Of a DNA stretch of 64,000 nucleotides, positions 38,250 to 50,200 are shown in pieces; the first letter of the stretch is position 1, and the number at the start of each line of letters is the position of its first letter. Origin of the DNA: Podarcis muralis. Taxonomy: Eukaryota. The notes under the pieces are model-generated. The model was not told where the DNA came from. It saw only the letters and a list, made by a program, of their open reading frames with translations, and did not search any database. The translations under genes and the position numbers were made by a program. The stretch spans positions 34,472,001-34,536,000 of the forward strand of contig NC_135658.1 of the NCBI RefSeq assembly GCF_964188315.1. The letters run 5' to 3'.

Positions 38250-39300
38250 TTAGGAACATCTCCCAGCTGCTGGTTTTCGAGTAAACCGACTGGTCTCTAA
38301 AAGGGAAGGCAGCCCTTTTTGCCCAGGGCGAGCCTCGGCGTCGTTTCCTCACGTTGCACGACTCGCAGGCAAGCGCGGAGCCGCGGCTCTCTTTCCCCTC
38401 GCGAGCGCGAAAGATCAAGAGGCGATACGAAAAGAGGGGCAGCAAACTGGGGAAGGACAAAGGAGGGGAGGAGCGGGTGGGGGAATGGGAGGAGCGAAAC
38501 GGGGACTGGCGGGATGGGAAAGAGTAGCTGGGAGGATGGACGGGGAGGAAAGGGGGTCGGGCGCATTTTCTGGGAGTCTGGCGGCGGCGGCGGCGGTTGT
38601 GGGGGGTCCTGGGCGCGGTAACCTGACTCCGCTGGCCCTGGACGGTCCAGCAGGAGGAGATCGGCCGGGTCTGACGGTGAGTGGGTCTCTCTTCCCCGCG
38701 CCCCAGCCCGGGATGAAGGGAAGGTGCGCGCAAGGGCGAGAGCGCGCGCGCAATGGAGGGGCCATTGTGTACGAGAGGAGGTCCCGGCTGGCCCCCTCTT
38801 CGGAGGGGGACCCTCCGGCCCCCGGGCGGGCTCTGGGCGGCCCCCGAACTGGCGGGGCCTCCGCGGCTGCGGAACAGAACCGGCTTTGTCTCTCCCCGCG
38901 GCTGGCAAGGCGGACGAGGGAGGCGCGCGGAGAGCCCCGCCGCTGCCACGGCCCCTTCCACGCCTCCACGGGTGGCAGCTCCAGAGGCAAAGGGCTGGGC
39001 TCCAAAGACGCTTGCACGGAGGGAAAGGAAAAAGCCCGGCTGGGTGCGGGCAGCCCCGGGGACTGTGGCGGGGGGGGGGGGGGAGCGGAGGGCTTCGTCC
39101 ACTTCTCCGGGTGGCGTGTCGAGAGCATCCAGGGATTGGGGGACTCTGAACCGACGGCCTTCTCTGCGTTTCGGTTGCTTTCGACGGGTGACGAGATCTT
39201 GGGCAGACGGGGATCCCTAGATCTCACACCCAAAAGCGAATGAGATGGGGAGGCTTCGTTGCCCGAATCCGTCGTTTGATGCATGCAACTCTAGGCCTGC
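38250..39300 (+). promoter_or_regulatory. CpG island with probable non-coding first exon of GPR161 (donor at 38676|38677)
   Basis: Very GC-rich, with a (GCG)n run and a consensus donor ACG|GTGAGT. Lies 3.2 kb upstream of the 41916 acceptor and is divergent from TIPRL. Confidence 0.7.
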
Positions 39301-39414
39301 TTAAGATCACAGACGGCTTCCATTGATTCACACAATTGTGCGGGAAGCGAGTTGCTGCCTCGTGGTGGAACCCCGTGTCGCTAGCAAATGTGTGAATGAA
39401 GCAATGCACTTGGG

Positions 39415-39720
39415 GCAAGAATCGTAGACTCATAGACTGGTAGAGTTGGGAGGGACTCTGAGGAGCATCAACCTCTTGTAATGCAGGAATAAAGCATCCA
39501 TGGCAGATGGCCACCCAACCTCTGCTTTAAAACCTCCAAAGAAGGAGAGTTCACCACGTCCCATGGGAGTCTGTTCCTCTGCGGAACAGCTCTTACTTTC
39601 AGAAAGTTCTTCCTGATGTTTGGTCAGAAATCTTTTCTTGTAACTTGAATCCATTGGTTCAGGTCCTGCCCTCCAGAGCAGGAGAAAGCAAGCTTGTTCC
39701 ATCTTCCATGTGACAGCCTT
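39415..39720 (-). mobile_element. CR1 LINE 3' end in GPR161 intron 1
   Basis: Minus strand resembles the CR1 C-terminus (YLKGCHMEDG...NGFKLQEKRF...) and ends in a tctatga-like tail. Confidence 0.8.
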
Positions 39721-41171
39721 TTACATATTTGAAGATAAGGCTCACATGATTGGTCTTGCCCATATGGTTCATAGCAAGGGCAGCCAATGTGGTGCCCTCC
39801 AGCTGTTCAGGACTACAACTCCCATCATCCCTTACCATCGGCTACAACACCACATCAGCTAGTTACCTGTTTTATTGTGCTGTATTACATTTCTGCACAC
39901 GAACAGGACTGTACCACAAGAAAGAGGGAACTAATTGTTCTGTTTTTTTGTGCATGAAAAGAGCTGATATACAGCGTAGGATTTCTGATCTGTATTAGTA
40001 GGACCCTTTTTGAACGGCGGTATTACATGCTCTGCATTAATTAATAGATCCAGATCAAAAGGGTAAAGGTTGCATTTGTGTCACTGCATGAAAAACTGTG
40101 CTGTGATGTACATGCAAAACTAATGTTGAGCACTTAAGATCCCATTGATTTCAATGTGAGAATTAAGCAAGTGATTAATTTTCCCCAGTTCATGTCACCA
40201 GAGCTTAGAAAGTGCTTGCGGTGAATCATACCTCTGATTGACGGACCTTTGGGCAGCTTGCTCAGGGTACCAGTGGTAACCAATGGAGGGAGGAGGCTGC
40301 AAAACTCTTTGCAGCTTGGCTGGTCCTTTCTAAATGTATGAAAATGCTTTGAGTCTCCTGATGAGTAAGAATTGCTACTGCCCTACATTTGTAAAACCTT
40401 TCGGAATTCTTGAGCACACTACTGCTCATTCAACAGAGAAAGGTACTGCAGATTGTGGGCAGAAATCCCTGCTTCCATTTAAAAGCTGGAACAGGGAGAT
40501 AGTCCTATCACTAGCTATCTGCTTGTGTGGAATGCCATAAATGTTATGTACTTAACCCTGTTGTTGATTATTGTTATCACCCAAAGGACAGATTTAATTG
40601 GTGTAAAGGGAAATAGAGAATTATCTGTGTACCAAGCAATTAGATACACAATAGCCACTGTGAGACAGATCTATTACCCATTCAATGAACTCTTAACTCA
40701 TTGCCGCCTCAACTTTGCTACTGCTACTATAGCTGGTTGAAATTCTTGAAATGTCAGGGAAATACTGAAAAAACATTGGAGGCTAACAGTGCAAACCTAA
40801 CCATGTCTACTCGGAAGTAAGTCCCATTGCATTCAATGGAGTTTACTCCCAGGTAAGTAGGGTTAGAATTGAAGTCCCATAAATTTCAATGTGAAGTGTG
40901 CTCAACAAATTTACTCTGGATCCAAATGGTGATGGGTGCCACTTTTCAGTAGATTATTAAAACAATAATGATCAATAAAACTTTATAATAAAACAGAAGA
41001 GGCTAATCTTGAAGAAGCTTTTTTCAATTGCAGGAGGGCAGTTACACCCCTTGGAACTGGGTGGTGGCAGCTCATCAAGCTGTTTCTGCTTCTTTTCCTT
41101 CACCTCAGGGCAAGGTGGCTGTTTGTTTACACTGAGTTGTGCCTCCCAATTGAGACATCCCCCACTACCTA

Positions 41172-41803
41172 CTGTATTGGCCCGAATATAAGCCGCACTC
41201 AAATATAAGCCACATCTTTAAAATTGATGGGGGGGGGAGGAAAAAAGACAATACCCGAATATAAGCCGCACCCTTAAAATTGGAGGGGGAGGGGATTCCA
41301 AAAGGCACCCACCCATTGAAGCACAATCACACAACGAGGAACACGCACGAGGCTTGCCCAGGGAGGGTGGGGGGGGAATCAAAAGGGGGGGTCAAAAAGC
41401 ACCCATCCCAAACAAGCACACTCTTACCACCGAAACCCATTCAGTCATCCACTGCCTAATACAGTAACTGCTTTGCTGGCGGCCTTCCCCCTTCCTTACA
41501 GCAGCTCAGGGGAGGCTTGGGAGTGGCAGGTGGGCTGTGCACCATTCCCTTGCGCTCTTGGGCTGCTTCCTGGTGGCGGAGCCACGCCGCTTTGCTGGTG
41601 GCCTCCCCCCCCTTCCCCCTTCTTTCTGGTGGTTCGGGCAAGGCTTGGGAGCCACGGTTGGGACAGGCACCCTTGTCCCGCACCCCTGACGTGGGCAGCT
41701 GTTTCAGCAGCGATATCGTAAGGTCACAAATATCAGCCACACTTTAACTTTTCACAGTCGGAATTTTGGGGGGAAAGTGTGACTTATCTTTGGGCCAATA
41801 TGG
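41172..41803. mobile_element. Non-autonomous Tc1/mariner element, 112 nt upstream of the GPR161 coding-exon acceptor
   Basis: TIRs ctgtattggcccgaatataag / cttatctttgggccaatatgg, TA flanks, repeated subterminal aatataagccgcac. Confidence 0.75.
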
Positions 41804-41959
41804 TATATATGCAGCATTCCTCAAGAGAATAGGACAGACACTGAGTGTGAAAAATCTGTCAGTCTCCACCTGCATTAGCAGAGAATATTTATCTATAGTA
41901 TCTCTTCTTTTTCAGGTGTCCAGCATGTCCTGGCTGCTGCAACACAGGACGCTCCGACA

Positions 41960-42327
41960 ATGAGCATCAACTCGCCTCTCAGCAACGAGAACGCCTCAGG
42001 GAACCTTACGGTGCTGGAAGACGGAGCTGGCCGAGTTACAGAGTCCATTGCTATTATTGTCATCACCATTTTCATTTGTTTAGGAAACCTGGTGATCGTC
42101 CTCACTCTTTACAAGAAGTCGTACCTCCTCACGCTGAGCAACAAGTTTGTTTTCAGCCTGACCCTGTCCAATTTCCTCCTCTCCGTGCTGGTGCTTCCTT
42201 TCGTCGTGACCAGCTCCATCCGGCGGGAATGGATCTTCGGAGTCGTTTGGTGCAACTTCTCTGCCCTGCTCTACATGCTGATCAGCTCGGCCAGTATGCT
42301 CACTCTCGGACTCATTGCAATCGACCG
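41960..42327 (+). CDS. GPR161: G-protein coupled receptor 161, first coding exon (exon starts at 41916)
   Basis: [17 protein letters not shown]...[19 protein letters not shown]...LIAID(R), TM1-TM3. Acceptor ttcag|41916, donor CG|gtatgc. Confidence 0.96.
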
Positions 42328-42339
42328 GTATGCTGTCAT

Positions 42340-42490
42340 AGAATCATAGCATCACAGAGTCGGAAGGGACCCTGAGGATCATCTGAGCCCAACCCCTGCA
42401 ATGCAGGAATATGCAGCTGTCCCTTATGGGGATCAAACCTGCAACCTTGGTGTTATCAGCACCAGGCTGTAACCAACTGAGCTATCCAGC
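42340..42490 (-). mobile_element. tRNA-derived SINE with CR1-type tail
   Basis: Minus strand has a tRNA-like head gctggatagctcagttggtt...gcaggtttgatcccc and a ...gattctat tail; TSD TGCTGTCAT/TGCTTTCAT. Confidence 0.8.
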
Positions 42491-42627
42491 TGCTTTCATT
42501 ACAGATGGGATGTGGGTGAACAGTAAAGACAAGCCAGAATACACCTGTGCAGAGAAGGAGACCTGGCTTAAAGTAATACAGGACAAGATTGTCCTGACAG
42601 AAAATACTTTTGGGGGAGTTTACAAGC

Positions 42628-42975
42628 GCTCTCTGGGTGGCACTGTGGGTTAAACCACAGAGCCTAGGACTTGCCGATCAGAAGGTCGGCGGTTCGAATC
42701 CCTGTGATGGGGTGAGCTCCCGTTGCTCGGTCCCTGCTCCTGCCAACCTAGCAGTTCGAAAGCACATCTAAGTGCAAGTAGATAAATAGGTACCACTCTG
42801 GTGAGAAGGTAAATGGCGTTTCCGTGCGCTGCTCTGGTTCTCCAGAAGGGGCTTAGTCATGCTGGCCACATGACCCGGAAGCTCTATGCCAGCTCCCTCG
42901 GCCAATAAAGCGAGATGAGCGCTGCAACGCCAGAGTCGGCCACGACTGGACCTAATGGTCAGGGGTTCCTTTACC
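42628..42975 (+). mobile_element. Sauria SINE
   Basis: gtggcactgtgggttaaaccacagagcctagg...ggacctaatggtcaggggttcctttacc; 9-bp TSD TTTACAAGC. Confidence 0.92.
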
Positions 42976-43677
42976 TTTACAAGCATCAAAGAGTGATCAG
43001 ACAGAACCATTCCTCTATGGGGCCTCCCAGAAGACATCTGGCTGGCCACTCTAGGAAACAGGATAAGAACATAAGAATCCAGTTGGGTTGACCAATGGCT
43101 CATCTAATCCAGCATCTTGTTCTCACAGCAGCCAGCCAGATTACAATGGGAAGCCTGCAAGCAGCGTCTGAGTTGGACAGCAACCTCCCCTGTACCTAAT
43201 AATAAAGAATAATAATAAATTTTTATTTATACCGCACGCTTCCCGGTTCAGAAAACCGGGCTCAGTGTGGCTAACAACAAATTTAAAACACTTAATTGAT
43301 GCAACAACAAAAAGCATAAAATACAGGATAAAACGTGAATAACAATAAATTCAGAATTCAAAAATCAATTTTGTGTGCACTAAATTTAGTGTGCACATTC
43401 ATGTAACATCCTAAATGTCAGCTGGTGCTCCAACATACCTAATTAAAAACTGCACCACAATGACAGATTTGTACAATTTATATTTTAGCATCATCACTTT
43501 GTGTGTCCTTTGAGCTCCAAACCATGCAATAGCTGTATCTGTAGAAGTTGCTCATTTGGTTGATTACTGGGGCGAGTTTCAAATAACCGAGAGCAAGGTT
43601 TTCAAAGAAAAGACTCATTTCCCCTTCTTACTGCATGCTTTGTAAGGTTGCTGAATCCTCCTTTTATTTTTCCCCAG

Positions 43678-44402
43678 GTACTACGCTGTCCTGTACCCGA
43701 TGGTTTACCCAATGAAGATTACAGGTAACAGAGCTGTTGTTGCCCTTCTGTACGTCTGGCTGCATTCCCTCATCGGGTGCCTTCCTCCGCTCTTTGGCTG
43801 GTCCTCGTTAGAGTTTGACCAGTTCAAATGGATGTGTGTGGCCGCGTGGCATAAAGAAGCAGGCTACACTGCCTTTTGGCAGATCTGGTGCGCGCTGCTG
43901 CCCTTCTTAGTCATGATGATTTGCTACGGATTCATATTCCGCGTGGCCAGGATTAAAGCGCGGAAGATTCACTGCGGGAGCGTGGTCATCGCGGAGGAAG
44001 ACACCCAAAGGAATGGGAGGAAAAACTCCAGCACTTCGACGTCCTCGTCAGGCAGCCGAAGGAACGCTTTCCAAGGAGTCGTTTATTCTGCCAATCAGTG
44101 CAAAGCTTTGATAACTATCTTGGTTGTGATTGGTGCTTTCGTAATCACATGGGGGCCTTATATGGTGGTTATTACATCCGAGGCACTTTGGGGGAAAGAC
44201 AGCATTTCCCCTGCTTTGGAGACGCTGGCAACTTGGTTGTCTTTTACGAGTGCTATTTGCCACCCTTTGATTTATGGACTCTGGAATAAAACGGTACGCA
44301 AGGAGTTGCTGGGAATGTGCTTTGGAGACCGGTACTACAGAGAATCATTTGTTCAACGGCAAAGGACATCCAGATTATTTAGTATTTCTAATAGGATCAC
44401 AG
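43678..44402 (+). CDS. GPR161: GPR161 coding exon 2 (TM4-TM7)
   Basis: [18 protein letters not shown]...RIKARK...[29 protein letters not shown]...NRIT; donor G|gtaata. Confidence 0.96.
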
Positions 44403-44843
44403 GTAATAAAGCATGGTGGTATGGCTTATGGTATGATTTCTCTAAATACCACTTTCTCACCCAAAGGCCTTTTTATTATTTTTATGCTTGCCAGGTGATG
44501 TTGAAGAAATATTAGTAGTCTCTCAAATGTTTTAGTTAAGGTTACTTAAACATCGGTTGCTCATGTCGACAGGGAAACATTCAGATTCCACTACCACTGA
44601 AAGGGAGAGGAATAAATCCCCCGTCTTTGATTTCTCCTTTGGGGATGGTATTTCTGTCATTTGGTGTTTAACTGTGGATTATGTAAACATACTTGTAGCA
44701 GCGTTTTCATTAACTCTCAGTACAGATGCTGCACTTTAGCTGTTGGCTAAATCAAACAGCTAGATAACAAGTCGTGGGAGCTTTGGAACATGCTTTTGTT
44801 AAATCTCCCAGCACTTCTCCAGGATGTAGTTTGCTAATGCTGA

Positions 44844-45008
<165 letters not shown>

Positions 45009-45219
45009 TGAGAAACTATTATTATAAGAAACTGGATTAAAAGTGGCACTTGCTGGTAACAGTGTTTAGCAATTCAAGGTGCTGGTCTTGATCTATATAG
45101 CCCTCCATGGCTTGGGACATCTGTACTCAACAGAATGCCTCCTCCCATTTATTTTTGCACGTACTCATCATAGTAATTCTTCCATAAATTAACTGTACAA
45201 GCCATGGTCTTTTTTTTAG

Positions 45220-45339
45220 GAACAGATGTCATGCTGCTTGAAGACTATAGTTCTGATGGAGTTCATCACCCACATTGCCTTTATCCCCATCGACGGAGGA
45301 GTTCTGTGACTTTTGAAGATGAAGTGGAACAAACTAAAG
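45220..45339 (+). CDS. GPR161: GPR161 coding exon 4 (PKA site RRSS)
   Basis: (G)[39 protein letters not shown](E). Confidence 0.93.
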
Positions 45340-45523
45340 GTGTGCTGAGGCTGGGTATTTTAGTCCAAAGCAGACAGAAAACACTTAAAATATTACTGTG
45401 TACTATTCAAGTGTTAAAAACCAGACAGATCACTGTCAAAATAGCTTACAGCAATGAGACATAAAGTGGAAGAAAAGAGATGTTGGATGAAACACGATTT
45501 ATTTACTACTTTTACCTTTCAGC

Positions 45524-45844
45524 AGGGACGGGGGTGGTGCTTTGGGTTAAACCACAGAGCCTAGGGCTTGCCAATCAGAAGGTCGGCGGTTCGACTCCCC
45601 ATGACGGGATGAGCTCCCGTTGCTTGGTCCCTGCTCCTGCCAACCTAGCAGTTTGAAAGCACTGCGGGAAGGTAAACAGCATTTCCGTGCACTGCTCTGG
45701 TTCGCCAGAAGCAGCTTAGTCATGCTGGCCACCTGACCCGGAAGCTGTATGCCGGCTCCCTCAGCCAATAAAGCGAGATGAATGCCGCAACCCGAGAGTC
45801 GGCCATGACTGGACCTAATGGTCAGGGGTCCCTTTACCTTACCT
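45524..45844 (+). mobile_element. Sauria SINE with an internal deletion of about 35 bp
   Basis: Highly similar to the 42628 and 53097 copies; 14-bp TSD TTTTACCTTTCAGC. Confidence 0.92.
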
Positions 45845-46954
45845 TTTTACCTTTCAGCCAATACATAAGGTGTACAGTCAGTGTTTTTTTTCTGGGGGTA
45901 ATCAACGGTATACAGTACTGGCACCTTTTTTCTAGAAGAAAAGCATTGTGTACAGTACTTGACTATATTCGACTTGGAAGGTTTTGGTTCACCTGTGGTG
46001 TGGTGTGTCATCCGGACCAATGAACTATGGTTAGCACTAACTATGGCTAATTTCAAACATGGCAACAAAACTCTAGTTACTGAAACCAGTTGGTTTAAAA
46101 CTAACCATATTTAATATTGGCCATTGTTCCAGATCTAGATGACATGACAAACTGAGGTTAATTCAAGGTGGAAGCTTCCAAATTCCTCCAGGTAGTGAAG
46201 GAGCAGGGGAGGCTGGCAAGGAATGTGGAGGTAACGAAGCTTGATCAGGTTTCACTAAACTGTTCACATCTTGCTAAGCTATACTTTAGCATGGCAGCTG
46301 TTCTTCACTAATGGAAGCTAAGGAATAACATGCAAAAGGCCAAGGGGTGAAACATACAGGAAAGGAGAATGAAAACTACTTTAAAAACAAGGGACCCATA
46401 TAGGGGAGCTATAGATTGTAAGTGGATAAGACACAGAAGACAATAAAATAAAGTGGGACCTGAGTTAAGGAAATTGTTCAAGGGCAACTTACAGAACTGG
46501 TGCTGCAGGTATTGAATAAAATAATAACCTGTAATTTCTGTGCTACCGGTAAGACCAGGCATGGGCAGGTGTTTTGTTAGCTCATGGAGCTTGGTGCAAA
46601 AAACAATGATACAAGTATTCGTCCTGTTGTTATTATTACTGAAGTCAGTGTTTAATTCAGAACCATTTTTTTCTCCATTTAGATGACTCTTGCGAGCAGC
46701 CTCAATATCTGCTGCCAATACACTGTAGTTTAAGTTTACGGATAGATGTCTTTATTAAAATATCAGGCATTTGCTTTGCTTTGACTCCCCATTTGGTTAG
46801 CTTTAGAATTATTATGTGATTCCATGGTAGAATCCTGAAATTATCTATATTAATAGATCCACTGAAAAACTACTTTGTGTATGAAGTCTACAAATAGTTC
46901 CTTGTGGGCAAGGCTTCCATACATTCTTCTAAACTGTCTGTTTTCTCTGTTCAG

Positions 46955-47202
46955 AAGCGGCAAAGAACTCTGTTCTCCAGGTAAAAGCTGACGTTCATAA
47001 GTCTCTGGACAGTTACGCATCCAGCCTGGCCAAAGCTATTGAGGCAGACGTGAGGATCACCTTGTTTGGTGGAGACGCTTTACCTGGCTCTCTGTTTCCA
47101 GTGCGAACTGTGACAGGCGGCAACGCTGGTGCCCGGCGTGGGGGCAGGACCCACGTTGGCCAAAGACTGCAGCTACAGAGCATTGAGGAAGGGAACACTT
47201 GA
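46955..47202 (+). CDS. GPR161: GPR161 last coding exon (AKAP-type amphipathic helix, stop codon)
   Basis: (E)[31 protein letters not shown]...[13 protein letters not shown]. Total CDS 1566 nt = 521 aa plus stop. Confidence 0.94.
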
Positions 47203-50200
47203 AATTTCTCCCAACAAGGGACAGACGGAACCACTAGGGACGATACAGGGCCTTTTGAAAAGAAAGCAAAATGGCCTTCAGCGTTTTAGTCCAAGGACAT
47301 CTAAAAAGAAAAAACCTGAAGTCTTGTCTTAACAGTATTAGAATTTGTGTGCATATGTCAAATATATGTGTTTTGCCCTTCAGGGTAGGGTTAAGGCCAC
47401 CTTGTGCCTGTCTCACTGCTCAGTTAGGAAACAGGTCAAAACGAAAAGGAAATTAGAAGTAGACAAGGGAGGCTACTCACAACATGAATTATAAGCTCTG
47501 CTTCTTGAAGTGATACAGGATTCCTTACAGGATCCTCTTCCTACTTGTTTTTTCTTTAATTCCACCCACTGACACTATCCATTTGAGACAGCTCCTTTCC
47601 TCCACCCACCCTATGCTATCATAAATGCTACAGTTTCCTTCACATGCTCCTGGAGAACAGTACAAAGAAACACAACAGTTGCCTTAATAGGTCAAGTGGA
47701 GTTTGTCGTGTCTAGTGTTCGGCAATGGCTGAGAGATGGCAAGATGTGGGAAGACAAGGAAACTGAAAAGGAAAACTTTCAGGCATCAAGGATTGGTTCC
47801 TTACCAGATTGGAAAGGAGATGAATAGGCTGCAATCCTAACTCCATTTGTCTGGGAATGAGCCCCACTGAATTCAGTACTTCTGAGTAGACATAAGTTAG
47901 GACGGCACTGTAATGCAGGAGGTGTTTTATGGTTGGACACATGCAGAAATGTATGTCTAGTCTTACTTTAATGACTTGAGAAGTGCCATGTATGTGGTTT
48001 TAATTAATGCACACCAGTTTACATCCCATTGGTGGTGTAAGCTGTGAATCAGGTTTTCCTGATGTGAAACCAGCATAAAGTGAGTGTTTGAAAACTGGAA
48101 TTCATCAAGTCATCCACAACACAGTGCAACTCAAACTCAGTCAAACAGAAACCTTTTCAGACACCTGCTTGAAGAGCCTCTGTCCCTCTTTTCTTCTCCC
48201 CCCCCCCAGTACTTCTTTTTTGGGTTTCACAGAAAGGCTGGAATCTTGAGTCTGCTGAAACAATTGGGAGTTTTGCTATGCCAGAGCATAGTTATCACTA
48301 ATCAGGCTTTGACCAAAATGAGCAAATGGTTAGCTCAGAATTCTGGGTTTGCAGTGGCAGCTTTGAATTCAACACCGCATGCTGCGAGGCACCTTGCCTT
48401 TAAATTCTCCTTTTATCCCATCTATAACATACAGAAATAGTAGGTGCTATTTACCTACTTGTGCCATATAGGGTTACTTAAATAATTATCATACAGTGGT
48501 CAAAACATATTTCAAGTGCCATGAATAAACCTCCAGACATACAGTATGTCCATAGCTACTAATTCTTTAAGGTTAGGAGGGAGAAATGAGACTCTCTTTA
48601 GTGGTGGTGCTGTCTTCTGAAGACCACTTTTAATTTCCTCTTCAGTTCTGCTTAAATCTGTGGGAACAGCTTCCAAGTAAATATGGTTGGGATCACAGCC
48701 ATGCGGGCTGGGGCTGATAAGTGCTGGAGTCCAACAATATCTGGAGGGCCACTGGTTCCCCATCCCTGCTAATAGCCTAGTGAATATGCTAACAATGCTT
48801 TTATGTGCATGGAAGAGTTGCTGAATTTCCCCTAAGTATTCCTCCTAGCACCACAGCAAAATGCTGCCCTGAAATACTCCCTTTCCTTTACAGGGGGTGT
48901 GGAGGATGCCATAAGGTGAGGCTTGTAAAACCTCTGGATGCGCTTTTAAATTTCATAAGGATATGTTTCCATTTGTATTACTCCGCTCAGTAATGTAAAT
49001 CACTGTGTGACAAAAAGCACTTGCCAATCTTTGGTTAAACAAATGAATCTTTAGAGTAACAATTATTTTGATGGTAGGAGTCCAAGATTTTGCACAGACC
49101 TTTTCTCAAACCATCTACCCAAATGATGTTTACAGCAGTTACAACTGTGCCAAGAGCTTTGAAATGTTTTAATATTCTGTTTGTAACACCTGTCCTGCAA
49201 TACTGAGCAGCTCTTAACAACTTTGGTAAATGTGTTCAAGCACTCCTGCTGCTAATAACCTTTCTACAGAACAGCGGCATTTTTATACTTGCTTTTCCCC
49301 TTCCTTAAATGCAAATGGAAAATAATTATATAGTTCAAATATTAAGGAATTCCCTCAGATGAATCCCAGGTGGAGGCTACTGTGGCTAACATCTAAGGCT
49401 GCAGTCCTAAACACCTGGGAGTCTCATTGAACTTAAGAGTCTTTACTTCTAAGTAGATATACTGCAATAACAACATAAACACAATGTGAATTTTTTTTTG
49501 GGGGGGGAGATTATCCTAACTTTCCCTTCTGAAGAACTGGCATCTTGCAGGGCTGGCCCTAATTTTAAGCAAGGTGGCAGATGCTGGGATAAGGGAGAGC
49601 AAAGATGTTGTAGGGACTCTGCTTCATACAAACCAATCTGTGCCCTCTAAGCTGCCTGGAGATTGGGTGGTCTAGTCAGCCTCTGTATTTGAACTGGGGT
49701 GGAGCTGGAGCAGGGAACCATCCTGCCTTTCACCTCAGGCAGTAGCATATCTTGGGCCAGCCCTGGCATCTTGCAATTTCTTCAGGTCATTGTCACATCT
49801 GATGTGCCTTCAGGACACTGGTACCAGCTCCTTCAGACCCCAGGTAATTCTCAAGTCACATAGTGGCAATGGAAGCTTGTGCCCCAAATCAAGAAGCCAA
49901 AAGTATTTTCAAGAGACTGATATGGTTTCTCTTGCCTGTATTTCAAAGAAAAAACCTATTGGAAGTAATTGGGCCTATTAAACCAGCCTTGTTTCCGTAG
50001 TGGAGGAACAGATGGAGGAGTCAGATAGCTATGGTCAGTATTTGCTGTTTCATTGCAAAGAACTTTGAAAGGGTGAATAGATAAATTTATGGAGGATAAG
50101 ACTATAAATGTTTACTAATCCATGATGCCTATGTTATTTCTCACATCAGAGGTAGCATGCCTCTTGGTGCCTGTTGCTGGGGTTCACGACAGGGAGAGTG

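Noticed and set aside
38221-39284. Overlapping long ORFs (up to 293 aa) on both strands
   Set aside because: They are Pro/Arg/Gly/Ala-rich by-products of a stop-poor CpG island, with no recognisable domain.
42420-42490. tRNA-like sequence on the minus strand (also near 3775-3825)
   Set aside because: These are SINE heads continuing into LINE-derived tails, without a complete cloverleaf.
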